The notes beneath the pieces are model-generated. The model did no database searches. It was not told the origin of the DNA and saw only the letters and a list, made by a program, of their open reading frames with translations. Positions 11,001 through 19,742 of a DNA stretch of 64,000 nucleotides are shown piece by piece. The stretch lies in the sequence record LR745206.1; one strand, 5' to 3'. How positions within the stretch are numbered: position 1 is the first letter of the stretch; each line of letters starts with the position of its first letter. A program made the translations under genes and the position numbers.

Positions 11001-11648
11001 ATAATAATATCCACAATCATTTGCTAAAATAGTAACATTATCAATACCCCAGTGATCATTAAGATTACTTGACGTAGCTGTTTGACTCCATTGAAACATA
11101 GTACTTGGTGACCAAGCACCAGGCGGTAAAGTAAAACAATAATTATTCCAAGTTGTCATAATAGGATCAAATCCTGTTCCTGGATTGAAATAGTTTATTG
11201 TTATCCAAGTCACACCACCATTAATTGAATATTGAAAGTAAATACCTTCTGTTGGTAAATCCGGACCCTCACAAGGAGAAGCACCGCCTTGTTGAGCCAT
11301 TCTAAAATCAAAACAAACTTGACCACCACAACTCATATCGAATGCGTTTGTGGTTAATATTCTCGGTGCTGGTGAAGCTGAACCCATCCACATATAAGTA
11401 CCACCTGGTCCCGGACCACATGGGTTAGTATATGTTGCTGCTGTAGTTGAAGACCAACCAGGTCCAGCAACTCCAGTATTAAAATCATTATTCATAACAA
11501 GTGTGCCTTGAATACCAATAGCATTCAAATCAGCACATTGACCACAAACAACTTGATTCACTGATGCTGTTGTGGTTACTGAGCATTGTGATATCACATT
11601 TGATGTGAATCCAAGTAATGTAATAAATAGAAATATTAGTTTTTTCAT
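8031..11648 (-). CDS. Secreted adhesin-like protein: signal peptide, reelin-like domain, Cys repeats, PKD-like domain, T9SS type-B (gliding-motility-associated, CHU_C) C-terminal domain
   Basis: MKKLIFLF signal; C-terminal FVPNAFTPDGD...IFDRWGE...GWDGTYKG...DVYVW. Confidence 0.9.
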   Translation of the reverse strand: MKKLIFLFITLLGFTSNVISQCSVTTTASVNQVVCGQCADLNAIGIQGTLVMNNDFNTGVAGPGWSSTTAATYTNPCGPGPGGTYMWMGSASPAPRILTTNAFDMSCGGQVCFDFRMAQQGGASPCEGPDLPTEGIYFQYSINGGVTWITINYFNPGTGFDPIMTTWNNYCFTLPPGAWSPSTMFQWSQTATSSNLNDHWGIDNVTILANDCGYYYDWSHLPGSPNPASGGTVCPTSTTTYNVLYTNGINDTCYSSVTVNVLFPIVNVTATPPTITTCGGCTQLDAGLSSIPPDSCCYTLDMQDSFGDGWNGGSLTVNVTAGPTLGPFSAAGSGSIITFCVQDGQTFTLNYTSGSWEGENTYTLYNPLAIPIFNGGPNPATGNVFTTTANCGTAPPVYVWNWVGPFLTPINDSTQTACPTTSSWYYVTVTGGGCSTTDSVYVDYTPLPSTSTQNISACNGSTVTFPDGSTQVIGGAVTQVSTLVGGAFNGCDSVITTNVTLLPNPTSTQNISVCSGTTVVFPDGSSQVVVAATSQISTLVGAASNGCDSIITTNVSIVPSVTSTQNISVCNGTTVTFPDGSTQVISGPVSQVSTLVGASVAGCDSIVTTNVSLLPNPTSVVNTVVCSGDSYTFPDGSVNPNVIVPTSQVSTLTGAASNGCDSIVTTNISVNPVYNITQNVTICEGDNYTFPDGSIQSGIVAPVTQVSNLLTTNGCDSIVTTNVSLNPIYNVIQNVSVCSGDNYTFPDGSIQSGIIVPVTQVSNLLTTNGCDSIITTNVSIDPVYNIVENVSVCSGSSYTYPDGFVQAGIVAPTVHVSNLLTNVGCDSIITTNVSVFASYTSTTNITICSGDNYTFADGSSQTNITAPTSYVSTLTSVDGCDSLVTENISINPVYNLTESYNQCPGLNFTFPDGTTQTNINSNVVYISNLLTSNGCDSIITTTVNIYNVPPMDITFTPNGCSPLDITMTNNAAGTGCNWIVSGPGTLLNYTGCGSISDIYFNSGYYSVTLSMTSLDGCTMDTTITNAFQVYPEPIAQFTWDPNEGTITNNTINFINNSIGGNQFQWSFGDGDISNNFHDSHSYQDTGHYQIELIVINDFGCSDTAYGMVVINQEFFLFVPNAFTPDGDAFNNVFLPIVSGHDPQKYHLTIFDRWGEILFESYNSEVGWDGTYKGSIVKNDVYVWTVDVTTFNNVRKQVRGHVTVLK
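8815..10310 (-). repeat. Nine tandem 42-43 aa coding repeats (N.S.C.G...FPDG...GCDSI.TTN)
   Basis: Nine GCDS motifs counted in translation; approximate bounds. Confidence 0.85.
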
Positions 11649-11649
11649 C

Positions 11650-12045
11650 TTAGTTTAGGTTTATTTGTATAGTAAATCCATTTATTTTAGTTTCTGATAA
11701 AATAATACCAGATCCATTAGGTAAGAACCTATGGAACAAACTCAATTGTTGATTAGCAACACCAGTTATGGATTCACCTGGGTTTATTGTTAAAGTTGGT
11801 TGTGATTCAGTGTCATAAACTTGACCATTTATGATAATTTTATAAGAGAATTCTATAATAGAATTGGTTGTATTTGTAAATTTGAATATATGAAATTCTT
11901 GATGAACATCATATTGGTTGTCATGATATTCTTGTAAGCTTTGCTCAATAAGTATACCACTTTGTGTATCTATTTGTTTCCAATTTTGTGAAAAGGAAAA
12001 TAATGTTGTTAACATAAACAACATCAATAATTTTAGTTTCTTCAT
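11650..12045 (-). CDS. Small secreted protein
   Basis: Likely start MKKLKLLMLFMLTTLFSFSQ (Sec signal). Confidence 0.75.
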   Translation of the reverse strand: MKKLKLLMLFMLTTLFSFSQNWKQIDTQSGILIEQSLQEYHDNQYDVHQEFHIFKFTNTTNSIIEFSYKIIINGQVYDTESQPTLTINPGESITGVANQQLSLFHRFLPNGSGIILSETKINGFTIQINLN

Positions 12046-12086
12046 TTTTAGTTTTAGATTTATAATTTGATTAACATATATATAGT

Positions 12087-12389
12087 TTATATAATACCGA
12101 TTTTTTGCAATTTTTCGTCTCTTTCCCATTGTTTTTCAGTTACAAACCAACCTACCCAAGACTCCGAGACACCAACTTGACCAAACCACCAATTAAGATT
12201 TAAATCATCTTTTATACAAATATCATCTTCAAATCCATCTCTAGTATGCACGATTTCATATCGTTTACCGTAAGTTAGATCTTCCATATCTTCCAATATA
12301 CAGACAAGAATATTACCTTTTTTAAGTCTCACTATTATACATTTTAAAGACGAGTATGGATTTAAATGGTTGTTAGATACCCAAATCAT
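12087..12389 (-). CDS. Hypothetical, C-terminal tag class
   Basis: Ends RDEKLQKIGII; start uncertain. Confidence 0.7.
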   Translation of the reverse strand: MIWVSNNHLNPYSSLKCIIVRLKKGNILVCILEDMEDLTYGKRYEIVHTRDGFEDDICIKDDLNLNWWFGQVGVSESWVGWFVTEKQWERDEKLQKIGII

Positions 12390-12669
12390 TTATTTTTTTA
12401 CCTCTGGATTCTCTGATATACCAATCATAAACAACTTGGTAATAATCATCATGATCAAAATAAACATAACTTGTGCCACTAGATTTATTATCAATAAATA
12501 AATGTTCTCCTGTTATTAATAAGCATTTAACATAGTTGGTTGGATTACCTCTTGGTACATCCTTTACCTCCAAATGCGTTATTAGTGTGTAAGTTTGATC
12601 ATTAAATGAATTTTCCTTTATTAGATTAATTAGGTAATCACTTTCTAACTTTGATATTTCTATTCTCAT
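12373..12669 (-). CDS. Hypothetical, C-terminal tag class
   Basis: Ends RGKKINDLGI. Confidence 0.7.
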   Translation of the reverse strand: MRIEISKLESDYLINLIKENSFNDQTYTLITHLEVKDVPRGNPTNYVKCLLITGEHLFIDNKSSGTSYVYFDHDDYYQVVYDWYIRESRGKKINDLGI

Positions 12670-12989
12670 ATACCAATTAAATTTAATTTAATCTCTCTAA
12701 GAATTGGTATTAATAATTTTTTTAGATTCTCCTCTGACATTTTGAAATGTTCATGTTTATATAATTCGTTTATGTTGTAAATCTCATAACGATTATCACC
12801 TAAAAAACTATGCTCAACTTTTATGGAAAATTCAACCTTACCAATCATACCAGTCTTGTGTATAATTGGTATATAACATACAAAAAAATTATCGGAAGAA
12901 TACTCACTACTTATATGTAGTGGTGTATCTGATGATTTACCATCAAGGTATAATCCAACTATAATATCCCAAAGATATTTATTAGTCAT
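12666..12989 (-). CDS. Hypothetical, C-terminal tag class
   Basis: Ends REIKLNLIGI. Confidence 0.7.
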   Translation of the reverse strand: MTNKYLWDIIVGLYLDGKSSDTPLHISSEYSSDNFFVCYIPIIHKTGMIGKVEFSIKVEHSFLGDNRYEIYNINELYKHEHFKMSEENLKKLLIPILREIKLNLIGI

Positions 12990-13203
12990 TTTTTAATTTA
13001 ACTATTTCCCTTTTTAGAGAAAAGATTTGAGAATTCTTTTGATTTTTATATTCATTCATTAATGAATCAACATTTAGCTTACCACTATGAAATTTTCTAT
13101 TACGATAGTCTAGATCATACCAATAACTAGAAATATTTCTTTTGATATTTCTAATCTTTCTAACTATTGATAGTATTTTATAAAATGTAATCATCTTCTT
13201 CAT
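12982..13203 (-). CDS. Hypothetical protein
   Basis: ORF in operon. Confidence 0.55.
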   Translation of the reverse strand: MKKMITFYKILSIVRKIRNIKRNISSYWYDLDYRNRKFHSGKLNVDSLMNEYKNQKNSQIFSLKREIVKLKND

Positions 13204-13341
13204 TAATAAAGTATATATATTTTTTTCATCTTGGTTTTGATATTGTTTATCGAAAGTTATATTAATTTTTTGTTATTAATTTACCCTTGTGAAAAACATA
13301 TAATACAAATTTACTATAATTAATATAATTATACAAATAAA

Positions 13342-13776
13342 ATGAAAGATAAAGATGTTTACTTTAATGTAATGAAAAATTACAAAACGATGTTATCAAA
13401 CCTAACAGCAGATATCGTTGCTTATGATAATTGGTCAGATGAATTTTCAAGAAGTGAGATAAATAAACTTTATAAACTTTTAATTAAGGAGTTTGATGAT
13501 ATTGACTTCACACAATTTACACCAGAAGAATTAAAAACATTTGATTTTAGGTACTGGGATGAAGATTTGTTATGTATACCACCATGGGCTATAGATTGTC
13601 TACCAGATGGTATTATACTATCATCCATTGATGGGAAAGAGTTTGTATTTAAGAAACCAATTGAAAAGAATTCGATGAAGGATAGTAGAGGTGGAGTAAC
13701 CGCTTATGGATTTACAAAAGCTATGTTAAGAGATAATAAATTAAATTCTATATTAGAAGATGGGCAAAAGGATTAG
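13342..13776 (+). CDS. Hypothetical, C-terminal tag class
   Basis: Ends RDNKLNSILEDGQKD. Confidence 0.75.
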   Translation: MKDKDVYFNVMKNYKTMLSNLTADIVAYDNWSDEFSRSEINKLYKLLIKEFDDIDFTQFTPEELKTFDFRYWDEDLLCIPPWAIDCLPDGIILSSIDGKEFVFKKPIEKNSMKDSRGGVTAYGFTKAMLRDNKLNSILEDGQKD

Positions 13777-13987
13777 CTTACAAGAAATGGAAAATAATAT
13801 TGTATTTAATGATCAACACCAAGTAATTTATAAAGGTGTTAATCTTGGTATAACTAGAGAAAGTATAACAGATTATCAGATACAAACAGGATTTGATCCA
13901 GTTGAATGGGTTGACCATTTATATAACAATTCACTATTGGTTATCCGCGATAAGAAAATAAGTAAGATACTTGATGAACTCACTTGA
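13760..13987 (+). CDS. Hypothetical, C-terminal tag class
   Basis: Ends RDKKISKILDELT. Confidence 0.7.
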   Translation: MGKRISLQEMENNIVFNDQHQVIYKGVNLGITRESITDYQIQTGFDPVEWVDHLYNNSLLVIRDKKISKILDELT

Positions 13988-14207
13988 GATAGAAGAGATG
14001 TTTGATAATAAATTTTTGATTGAATCATACTCGCTTAAAAATGGTGGCGTATTAAATGTGATGATACATAATACATTAGACAACACATTACATTACATCA
14101 CACATGAAATAGTGGGTGGTGATTGTACTAGCTTGGTAGTGGCATTTATCGAAAGTATAATAAGAGATAGGAGGACCAATTCAATAAATAAGTTAATAGA
14201 TGGATGA
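13971..14207 (+). CDS. Hypothetical, C-terminal tag class
   Basis: Ends RTNSINKLIDG. Confidence 0.65.
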   Translation: MMNSLEIEEMFDNKFLIESYSLKNGGVLNVMIHNTLDNTLHYITHEIVGGDCTSLVVAFIESIIRDRRTNSINKLIDG

Positions 14208-14415
14208 TATTAGGTTACGTAAAATTGGAACAGAAAAGGTAAAAGTATTTGAGAAATGCTTTGATAAAGTTTATGATTACTACAAACAAAAAGCAGAAGA
14301 TTCTGGTTATTGGGGTGAACTCAAATTCATAAAAGAAAAAGGTAAAATAATAGTTTATACTGTTATTGAATTACCTCCTTTAGATGATGATGATTTAATT
14401 ATCCGTGTTTCTTAA
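14200..14415 (+). CDS. Hypothetical protein
   Basis: ORF in operon. Confidence 0.6.
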   Translation: MDDIRLRKIGTEKVKVFEKCFDKVYDYYKQKAEDSGYWGELKFIKEKGKIIVYTVIELPPLDDDDLIIRVS

Positions 14416-14880
14416 TCTTTTCCTCATTTCCATATAGTCAATTGGTATTCTCCAATTTAACCCAACATGAGAACATTCTTTATTAGATAGATTTTCTAAT
14501 TTATCTAAGGTCGTAAACAATGTATTATCTTTATGCTTACCACCACCAATACTTATTTTTGTTGTGAATATTGGTTGTATTAAATATGAATATCTTTTTA
14601 GGTAATCATCAGCTCTAAATATAACATCACTTATATCACCTAATTTAAATGTTGGTAAATAAAAACTTTCAACATCTCGATCACCAACAATACCATTTAT
14701 CTCAATATTAATACTATCACCAATTACTTTACCCATCCTTTTTGATTCAACAACAACTTCTATATCCTCATCACGAATCTCATTGAATATATCATTTAGA
14801 TCATTGATGATTATTATTTCTTCCTCTTTTGTTATGGGAGAAGAACTTTCGAATAATTTATACTTTTTCAGGTATTTCAT
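14395..14880 (-). CDS. CTS-like leader protein, DIFxELxD family
   Basis: MKYLKKYKLFES...LNDIFNEIRDEDI. Confidence 0.75.
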   Translation of the reverse strand: MKYLKKYKLFESSSPITKEEEIIIINDLNDIFNEIRDEDIEVVVESKRMGKVIGDSINIEINGIVGDRDVESFYLPTFKLGDISDVIFRADDYLKRYSYLIQPIFTTKISIGGGKHKDNTLFTTLDKLENLSNKECSHVGLNWRIPIDYMEMRKRLRNTDN

Positions 14881-15829
14881 TTATAAATACTATTTCTATT
14901 TCTCTTATAACTGGTCTAACATCAGTTTCTATATCTTTCTCATCTATTGATATTTCTAAATCATCAAATTGCATTTCTGATTTGAATTTATATTCACCAT
15001 CTTGCTTCCCAACATATGAAAATTCTTCTAACCACTCATTCATACCATATTCCAATATTTGGAATTCTACTTCATGTAAAGTTGTATCTTCTAATCCTTG
15101 TTTTATACTAAAATCATCTAGTGTTTTGAATTTTCTATTAAATGTATGGTGTGTACCATTAACCAAAGATAATCGAAGTGTAACACTTTCCAATTTATAA
15201 TTGATTATATCAGTTATTTGTTTTATTCTATAATCAATATCCTCAATCATAATACTATTTTGTCCTTTTCTATAAAGTGATATTTGTATAGTATCTGTTT
15301 TTAATCCTGCTGAGGGCATACTTCGTTTAACGCTAGATACTACATGATATCCATATCCCAAATCCTCCATATCATACATCATCGATTCAACATGGTCTCT
15401 ATCATCACTAAGAGATTCATTAACACCATACCTAGATTTATAGTAGTTTGGACCTCTATAATCTGTTATTTTAATGTTTATATTCCAAACATCTTCACCC
15501 ATAAACATTTGCATATCATTGCCGGATAATTGATATTCTCTTGTACCACTCATAATAACATTGAACGTACAGAAAGACCAACCAAGTCTAGCAGAGTATT
15601 CGGCAATTCTTGCTGTAGCGTCTGATATTTCTTGTGTTATTTTAAATTTATTGGTGAATCTTCCTTGTTCATCCATTGTAACATCAGCAAATATTCTTTC
15701 ATTCTTTTCATCAGGTAAAAACCGAACAAATAATCCCAAATCTTCTATCTCAAGTATAATATCTTTTAGACCTTGTGATAACTCTTCGAAATTATTTTCA
15801 AATAACTTATATGTTTTTAAATATATCAT
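14858..15829 (-). CDS. CTS-like leader protein, two tandem DIFxELxD-type domains
   Basis: MIYLKTYKLFEN...LKDIILEIEDLG; second unit VNES...MYDMEDLGY. Confidence 0.75.
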   Translation of the reverse strand: MIYLKTYKLFENNFEELSQGLKDIILEIEDLGLFVRFLPDEKNERIFADVTMDEQGRFTNKFKITQEISDATARIAEYSARLGWSFCTFNVIMSGTREYQLSGNDMQMFMGEDVWNINIKITDYRGPNYYKSRYGVNESLSDDRDHVESMMYDMEDLGYGYHVVSSVKRSMPSAGLKTDTIQISLYRKGQNSIMIEDIDYRIKQITDIINYKLESVTLRLSLVNGTHHTFNRKFKTLDDFSIKQGLEDTTLHEVEFQILEYGMNEWLEEFSYVGKQDGEYKFKSEMQFDDLEISIDEKDIETDVRPVIREIEIVFINEIPEKV

Positions 15830-16281
15830 ATGTCAATTTTAACCATTATATCGAAAGATAATTGACTTTCATAATCAACGTTCATTATAACCTCAGTACT
15901 AATAAATTCTAAATCCTTTATTGTTTCATTTATCTGTAAAAGTTCTAACATAACTTTAGAACCTCTTTCTTGGTCAGTGGATTTAACAAAGACTGGGGCT
16001 GAAAAATTACCTCTACCAACACTTATACCTGGTATATTCGAATGTATGATAACAAATGCACCATCTCCTTCGCCACCAAGTGATGCTTTTTCTTTCATCC
16101 TTTCGAATAATAAACTTAATGCTTCTTTATCATCCGCAGATGCTTTCAAATTTGATACTTCTTCTAACCTAGAACCAATAAAAATACCTAGTGTATATTG
16201 AACAACAACTCCAGAATCTTCCAGTTCTAAAAATAAATCTCTTATTTTAAGAAATTTACGTTGAATTTTATTAAAATTTAT
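15826..16281 (-). pseudogene. DIFxELxD family gene lacking its normal 5' end
   Basis: Frame open to 16281 (..KIRDLFLELEDSG..) but no ATG or leader; TAA immediately upstream at island edge. Confidence 0.55.
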
Positions 16282-16302
16282 TTAGTTCATTATCAAGTAT
16301 TT

Positions 16303-16334
16303 AAGTCGAGAATATAGTTTTCTCGACTTTTTTT
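16303..16334 (+). terminator. Intrinsic terminator
   Basis: aagtcgagaa-tatagtt-ttctcgactt followed by T-run. Confidence 0.75.
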
Positions 16335-16339
16335 ATGTA

Positions 16340-16452
16340 AAAAATAAAAGGTCTAACCTAAGCTAGACCCTTTAGTGATCGCCTTCTACAGTCAACTTAA
16401 AGGATAAGTTCTGCGGCAATAGACTCGCGAAAACGCTTAGTCAAATCACATT
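16340..16452 (-). ncRNA. Candidate structured small RNA with its own terminator
   Basis: Nested stems gtga/tcac, gact-gcg/cgc-agtc, ttgcc/ggcga, gcag/ctgt, aactta/taagtt, then ggtcta/tagacc hairpin and T-run. Confidence 0.5.
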
Positions 16453-16600
16453 TGATAAAATTAATTAAAATTATTTAATGAAAACATTTTTTTGTATTAC
16501 TTTTTTTACTAATTTTACGAAATAATTTATAAGAGCCAACTTATAATGAAGATTTTTAAATAGCAAATTACTACTTTCATATATAATAATTTGATCCCTT

Positions 16601-16643
16601 AAAAACCCTGAATTGTCGGTTGGCTCCGGTTCAGGGTTTTTTT
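16601..16643 (+). promoter_or_regulatory. Terminator-like leader hairpin abutting start codon
   Basis: aaaaaccctgaa...ttcagggttttttt immediately before ATG 16644. Confidence 0.6.
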
Positions 16644-17600
16644 ATGCAACAAACTTATATCAAATACTTTTATAATTCCTACCCTCAAGCAAAGAGGTTG
16701 AAATTAGATAGGGAGTATTTGTTTTATTTGAAACTAAAGGCATTTCAAACAGGAATGCTTCATAAAGGTACTATCATAAAAGATATACAATCAATTACAA
16801 CTTACTCTCCAGGGTCTATTAGTCTTTATATACAGAGGCTTATTAAATGCGGCTTTATCACCCCTTTTAAAAAGAAAGGTAAGATAGTAGGTTATAGAGT
16901 TATATCTTATAAAAAAGCATTAAAGTTATTAAAAGTTAAAATACGCTTTACCGGTGATAATCTAAATATAGCCAAAGAGCATAGATTTAACAGAATCCTT
17001 TTTGAAAATCTAAAAGATAATAAACTCTTTAAGAATTATATAGAATTACAGGATATCTATAATAATAGAAAAAAACAGGTATATAAAGAGAAAAACAATA
17101 TTGTAAAAAAAATAAAGTATCATAAAGATACACTAAAAGATAAAATAGGAGAAGTAGAAATATTAAAAAGAAAAACATTTACTAATGAAGATAGAAAAAA
17201 AAGAAATGAAATATTAAAAGAAATAGAAAATAAGGAAAGTAAAATAAATCAATTAAAAGGCGAACTCAAGTCTGTTTTGACAAAAGAGAGTGAATCATTT
17301 AAACTTAGTTGTAAACGCTTTTCTAATCTAATGGGATATAAATCTATACAACAAGGATCTTTACTTGAGAGACGAGGTGAAAAACATGGTTTTTTAAGTA
17401 TAAAAAGATCCCTTGAGGTAATAGAAAGAGGTGTTAAATATGTAGATTTTATTTCTATGAAATCAATAGAGTCATCCTTATATTGGATGTTTGGTAATGT
17501 AGTGGATAATAAATGTAATAAATTACTCTTTACTGATTTCTTTTTTTCTTTTTTTGAGTCTAATAAACAAAATCAATTGAACCCTATACCTACGATATAG
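16644..17600 (+). CDS. Putative wHTH / replication-initiator-like protein
   Basis: Two HTH-like segments (SISLYIQRLIKCGFI; SCKRFSNLMGYKS) flanking a coiled coil; function inferred only. Confidence 0.45.
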   Translation: MQQTYIKYFYNSYPQAKRLKLDREYLFYLKLKAFQTGMLHKGTIIKDIQSITTYSPGSISLYIQRLIKCGFITPFKKKGKIVGYRVISYKKALKLLKVKIRFTGDNLNIAKEHRFNRILFENLKDNKLFKNYIELQDIYNNRKKQVYKEKNNIVKKIKYHKDTLKDKIGEVEILKRKTFTNEDRKKRNEILKEIENKESKINQLKGELKSVLTKESESFKLSCKRFSNLMGYKSIQQGSLLERRGEKHGFLSIKRSLEVIERGVKYVDFISMKSIESSLYWMFGNVVDNKCNKLLFTDFFFSFFESNKQNQLNPIPTI

Positions 17601-17851
17601 ATTCAATTTTTAAAACTATGACAAATCATATTTTAATTTTGTTTATTATCATAATAATTATTCTAATTATTAGAGAATAAATTCTCTTTTTTATTTCAAA
17701 TGATAGTATTAAAAAAATATCAAATAAATCTTTCTATCTAATAATGAATAAGTTACATAAAAAGTATAAATAAAATTTTTTTATATGAATAATGTTTCTT
17801 ACTTTTACCTCATGATTTAGCAACTAAGCCACTTCTTTAAAACTTGTAAAT

Positions 17852-18097
17852 ATGAAAACTCCAAATTTTAAACTTGAAAACGGATACGCACTTGTAACAG
17901 TAGATAACGTAGATAACAATGAAGTCGTTATTGAAAATATAAAAGTGTATGAGCAACGCAAAGGAACGGGTCGTCAACTTATCGAAATGGTTAAGGATTA
18001 TGCAAGAGAGTTAGGCTTGCCAATCGGATTATATGCAGAGCCATCACGGAATTTCCTACGAAGAACAGAACCTTTTTGTTTTATTTTTGTGGGATAG
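17852..18097 (+). pseudogene. GNAT acetyltransferase, apparently truncated or frameshifted
   Basis: VYEQRKGTGRQLIE acetyl-CoA motif, LYAEP then degenerate tail. Confidence 0.55.
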
Positions 18098-18131
18098 CAA
18101 ATTAATTTTGAAAAAATTAAAAATAACATAT

Positions 18132-18692
18132 ATGAAAAATCAAGAACAAGAATTTAGAAAAAAATGTAAGGAATGTTTACCAGAAAATATAATGGTAGAT
18201 GGTATAAAATATAAATTATCAGCAGAAATGTTGATGGGTGGTAAAACCTTCCGAATTAGTTACGGAGAATTTGATGGAGATACTTTTAATTGGGATAATA
18301 AACATTTGGATATATTTTATGCCATTTGTGAAATTATACCTGAAAAAAAGGAATACAAACAAGGAGAATTACATGATGGAACTATTTATCTGACGAATTT
18401 AGATGATGCAATTAGTGATTGTACTAAAAAACTAAACGAGGTTAGATATGAGCAACTTGACGAAATAGTAACAAGAGAAACAGAATTTAATAGAGAACTA
18501 ACATCATTGTTGAATAGATACAGTAAAGAAAATGGAAGTGATACACCAGATTTTATACTCACAAATTACTTGATTGGTTGTTTGAGAATATTCAACTACA
18601 CTCAAAATGCAAGAGAAAAATGGTATGGCAGAGAAAAGGAAGTTGTTACTGATTTATTGAGGATGGAAAAAAATAAAACAAAAAAGATTTAA
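18132..18692 (+). CDS. Hypothetical cassette gene (cassette 0)
   Basis: Start MKNQEQ; followed by attC-like site. Confidence 0.7.
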   Translation: MKNQEQEFRKKCKECLPENIMVDGIKYKLSAEMLMGGKTFRISYGEFDGDTFNWDNKHLDIFYAICEIIPEKKEYKQGELHDGTIYLTNLDDAISDCTKKLNEVRYEQLDEIVTRETEFNRELTSLLNRYSKENGSDTPDFILTNYLIGCLRIFNYTQNAREKWYGREKEVVTDLLRMEKNKTKKI

Positions 18693-18724
18693 CCGATGAA
18701 CTTTACTACGAAGCACGAAGGCAT

Positions 18725-18861
18725 TGCTACTAACGTTTTGCACCTATGCGAAGACAGGGTTTAAAAAGCACTTACCTGTCGGCTCGCACAAACTTAATTA
18801 AGTGTTTCAAACTTTCGGCTACCACTACACCCCTGCTTTTGCATAGGTGCTGTTATAAGCC
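18725..18861 (+). mobile_element. attC-like site 1
   Basis: tgctactAAC-gcacctatgcgaag.caggg...ccctgcttttgcataggtgc-GTTataagcc. Confidence 0.8.
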
Positions 18862-18879
18862 GTTTTTATTCTAATTATT

Positions 18880-19254
18880 ATGACAAAAAAATATAGTATA
18901 TCAGTAGTCGGAAAAGATTTATTTCCACAAAGAATGCACTTAGAAAAAGAGATAGGTGAGGTTTTTTATGAGCAAATTATTACAGTATTGGAATTGACTG
19001 GAGAAGAAGTTAGCGATGGTGGAATTACCGATTACAGATTAGGCGTTTATTTGGATTCAAAAAATGGGGGAACACGAAAATTCAATCTTGAAGAAAAGAT
19101 ATTTGATAAAATAATTGAAAACTTTGGTCACAAATTTTATGACAAGCTAAAAGGCTATTCTAAACGTGAGCAAAAGAAAGGTAGTGAGATTTTATTTCAA
19201 CTTCATCAAGGAAATATAACTTTAAAGGATTTTGATGATAGGCTTGGCTATTAA
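18880..19254 (+). CDS. Hypothetical cassette gene (cassette 1)
   Basis: Bounded by gttataagcc / ggcttataac. Confidence 0.75.
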   Translation: MTKKYSISVVGKDLFPQRMHLEKEIGEVFYEQIITVLELTGEEVSDGGITDYRLGVYLDSKNGGTRKFNLEEKIFDKIIENFGHKFYDKLKGYSKREQKKGSEILFQLHQGNITLKDFDDRLGY

Positions 19255-19256
19255 AT

Positions 19257-19357
19257 GGCTTATAACGGTTTGCGTATAAGAGATGTGGCACTTATACGAA
19301 TGTTTAAATCAAGGCATAAAGCCCAATGTGCCATATCTTTTATACGCTGTTATGTGC
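19257..19357 (+). mobile_element. attC-like site 2
   Basis: ggcttatAAC-gcgtataagagat.tggcac...gtgcca.atcttttatacgc-GTTatgtgc. Confidence 0.8.
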
Positions 19358-19396
19358 TTGGCGGTTTATCAGCACTAAATTTAATTTGAAAACGAA

Positions 19397-19615
19397 ATGA
19401 CAAAAGACGAAATTATCAAACAACGCTATCCTTTTTACAACCCTGACATTGCACAAAAGGATATTGAAATTAACGCAGAAGCAGTTAAAGAACTGATGGA
19501 AGCATATTGGATTGACCAATTAAAAGGGTTGGTTGAAGATTTAGGACAAGTGCATCCTGAATATATTATTGAACGTATAAAGGATGAAATTTCGTCTTTG
19601 GAACACGGAATATAG
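19397..19615 (+). CDS. Hypothetical cassette gene (cassette 2)
   Basis: Bounded by gttatgtgc / gcatataac. Confidence 0.75.
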   Translation: MTKDEIIKQRYPFYNPDIAQKDIEINAEAVKELMEAYWIDQLKGLVEDLGQVHPEYIIERIKDEISSLEHGI

Positions 19616-19619
19616 CCTT

Positions 19620-19677
19620 GCATATAACGGTCGGGTATAAACCATCGTTTTAATGTGGTTTATGCCTTGTTACCTGC
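19620..19677 (+). mobile_element. attC-like site 3
   Basis: gcatatAAC-gggtataaacca...tggtttatgcct-GTTacctgc. Confidence 0.8.
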
Positions 19678-19742
19678 TGGTGCGGTTTATTTAGCAGGAT
19701 GTTGATTTGAAAACGAATAGAAAATTTAAAAAGTTTTAGAGT

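Noticed and set aside
16365-16452. SAM-II riboswitch
   Set aside because: The gtgatttgac start is reminiscent, but the 3' AAAUGUAGCUAAA pseudoknot strand is absent and no metabolic gene lies downstream.
16644-17600. Integron integrase for the cassette array
   Set aside because: No tyrosine-recombinase R...H-x-x-R...Y pattern recognised; looks HTH plus coiled coil.
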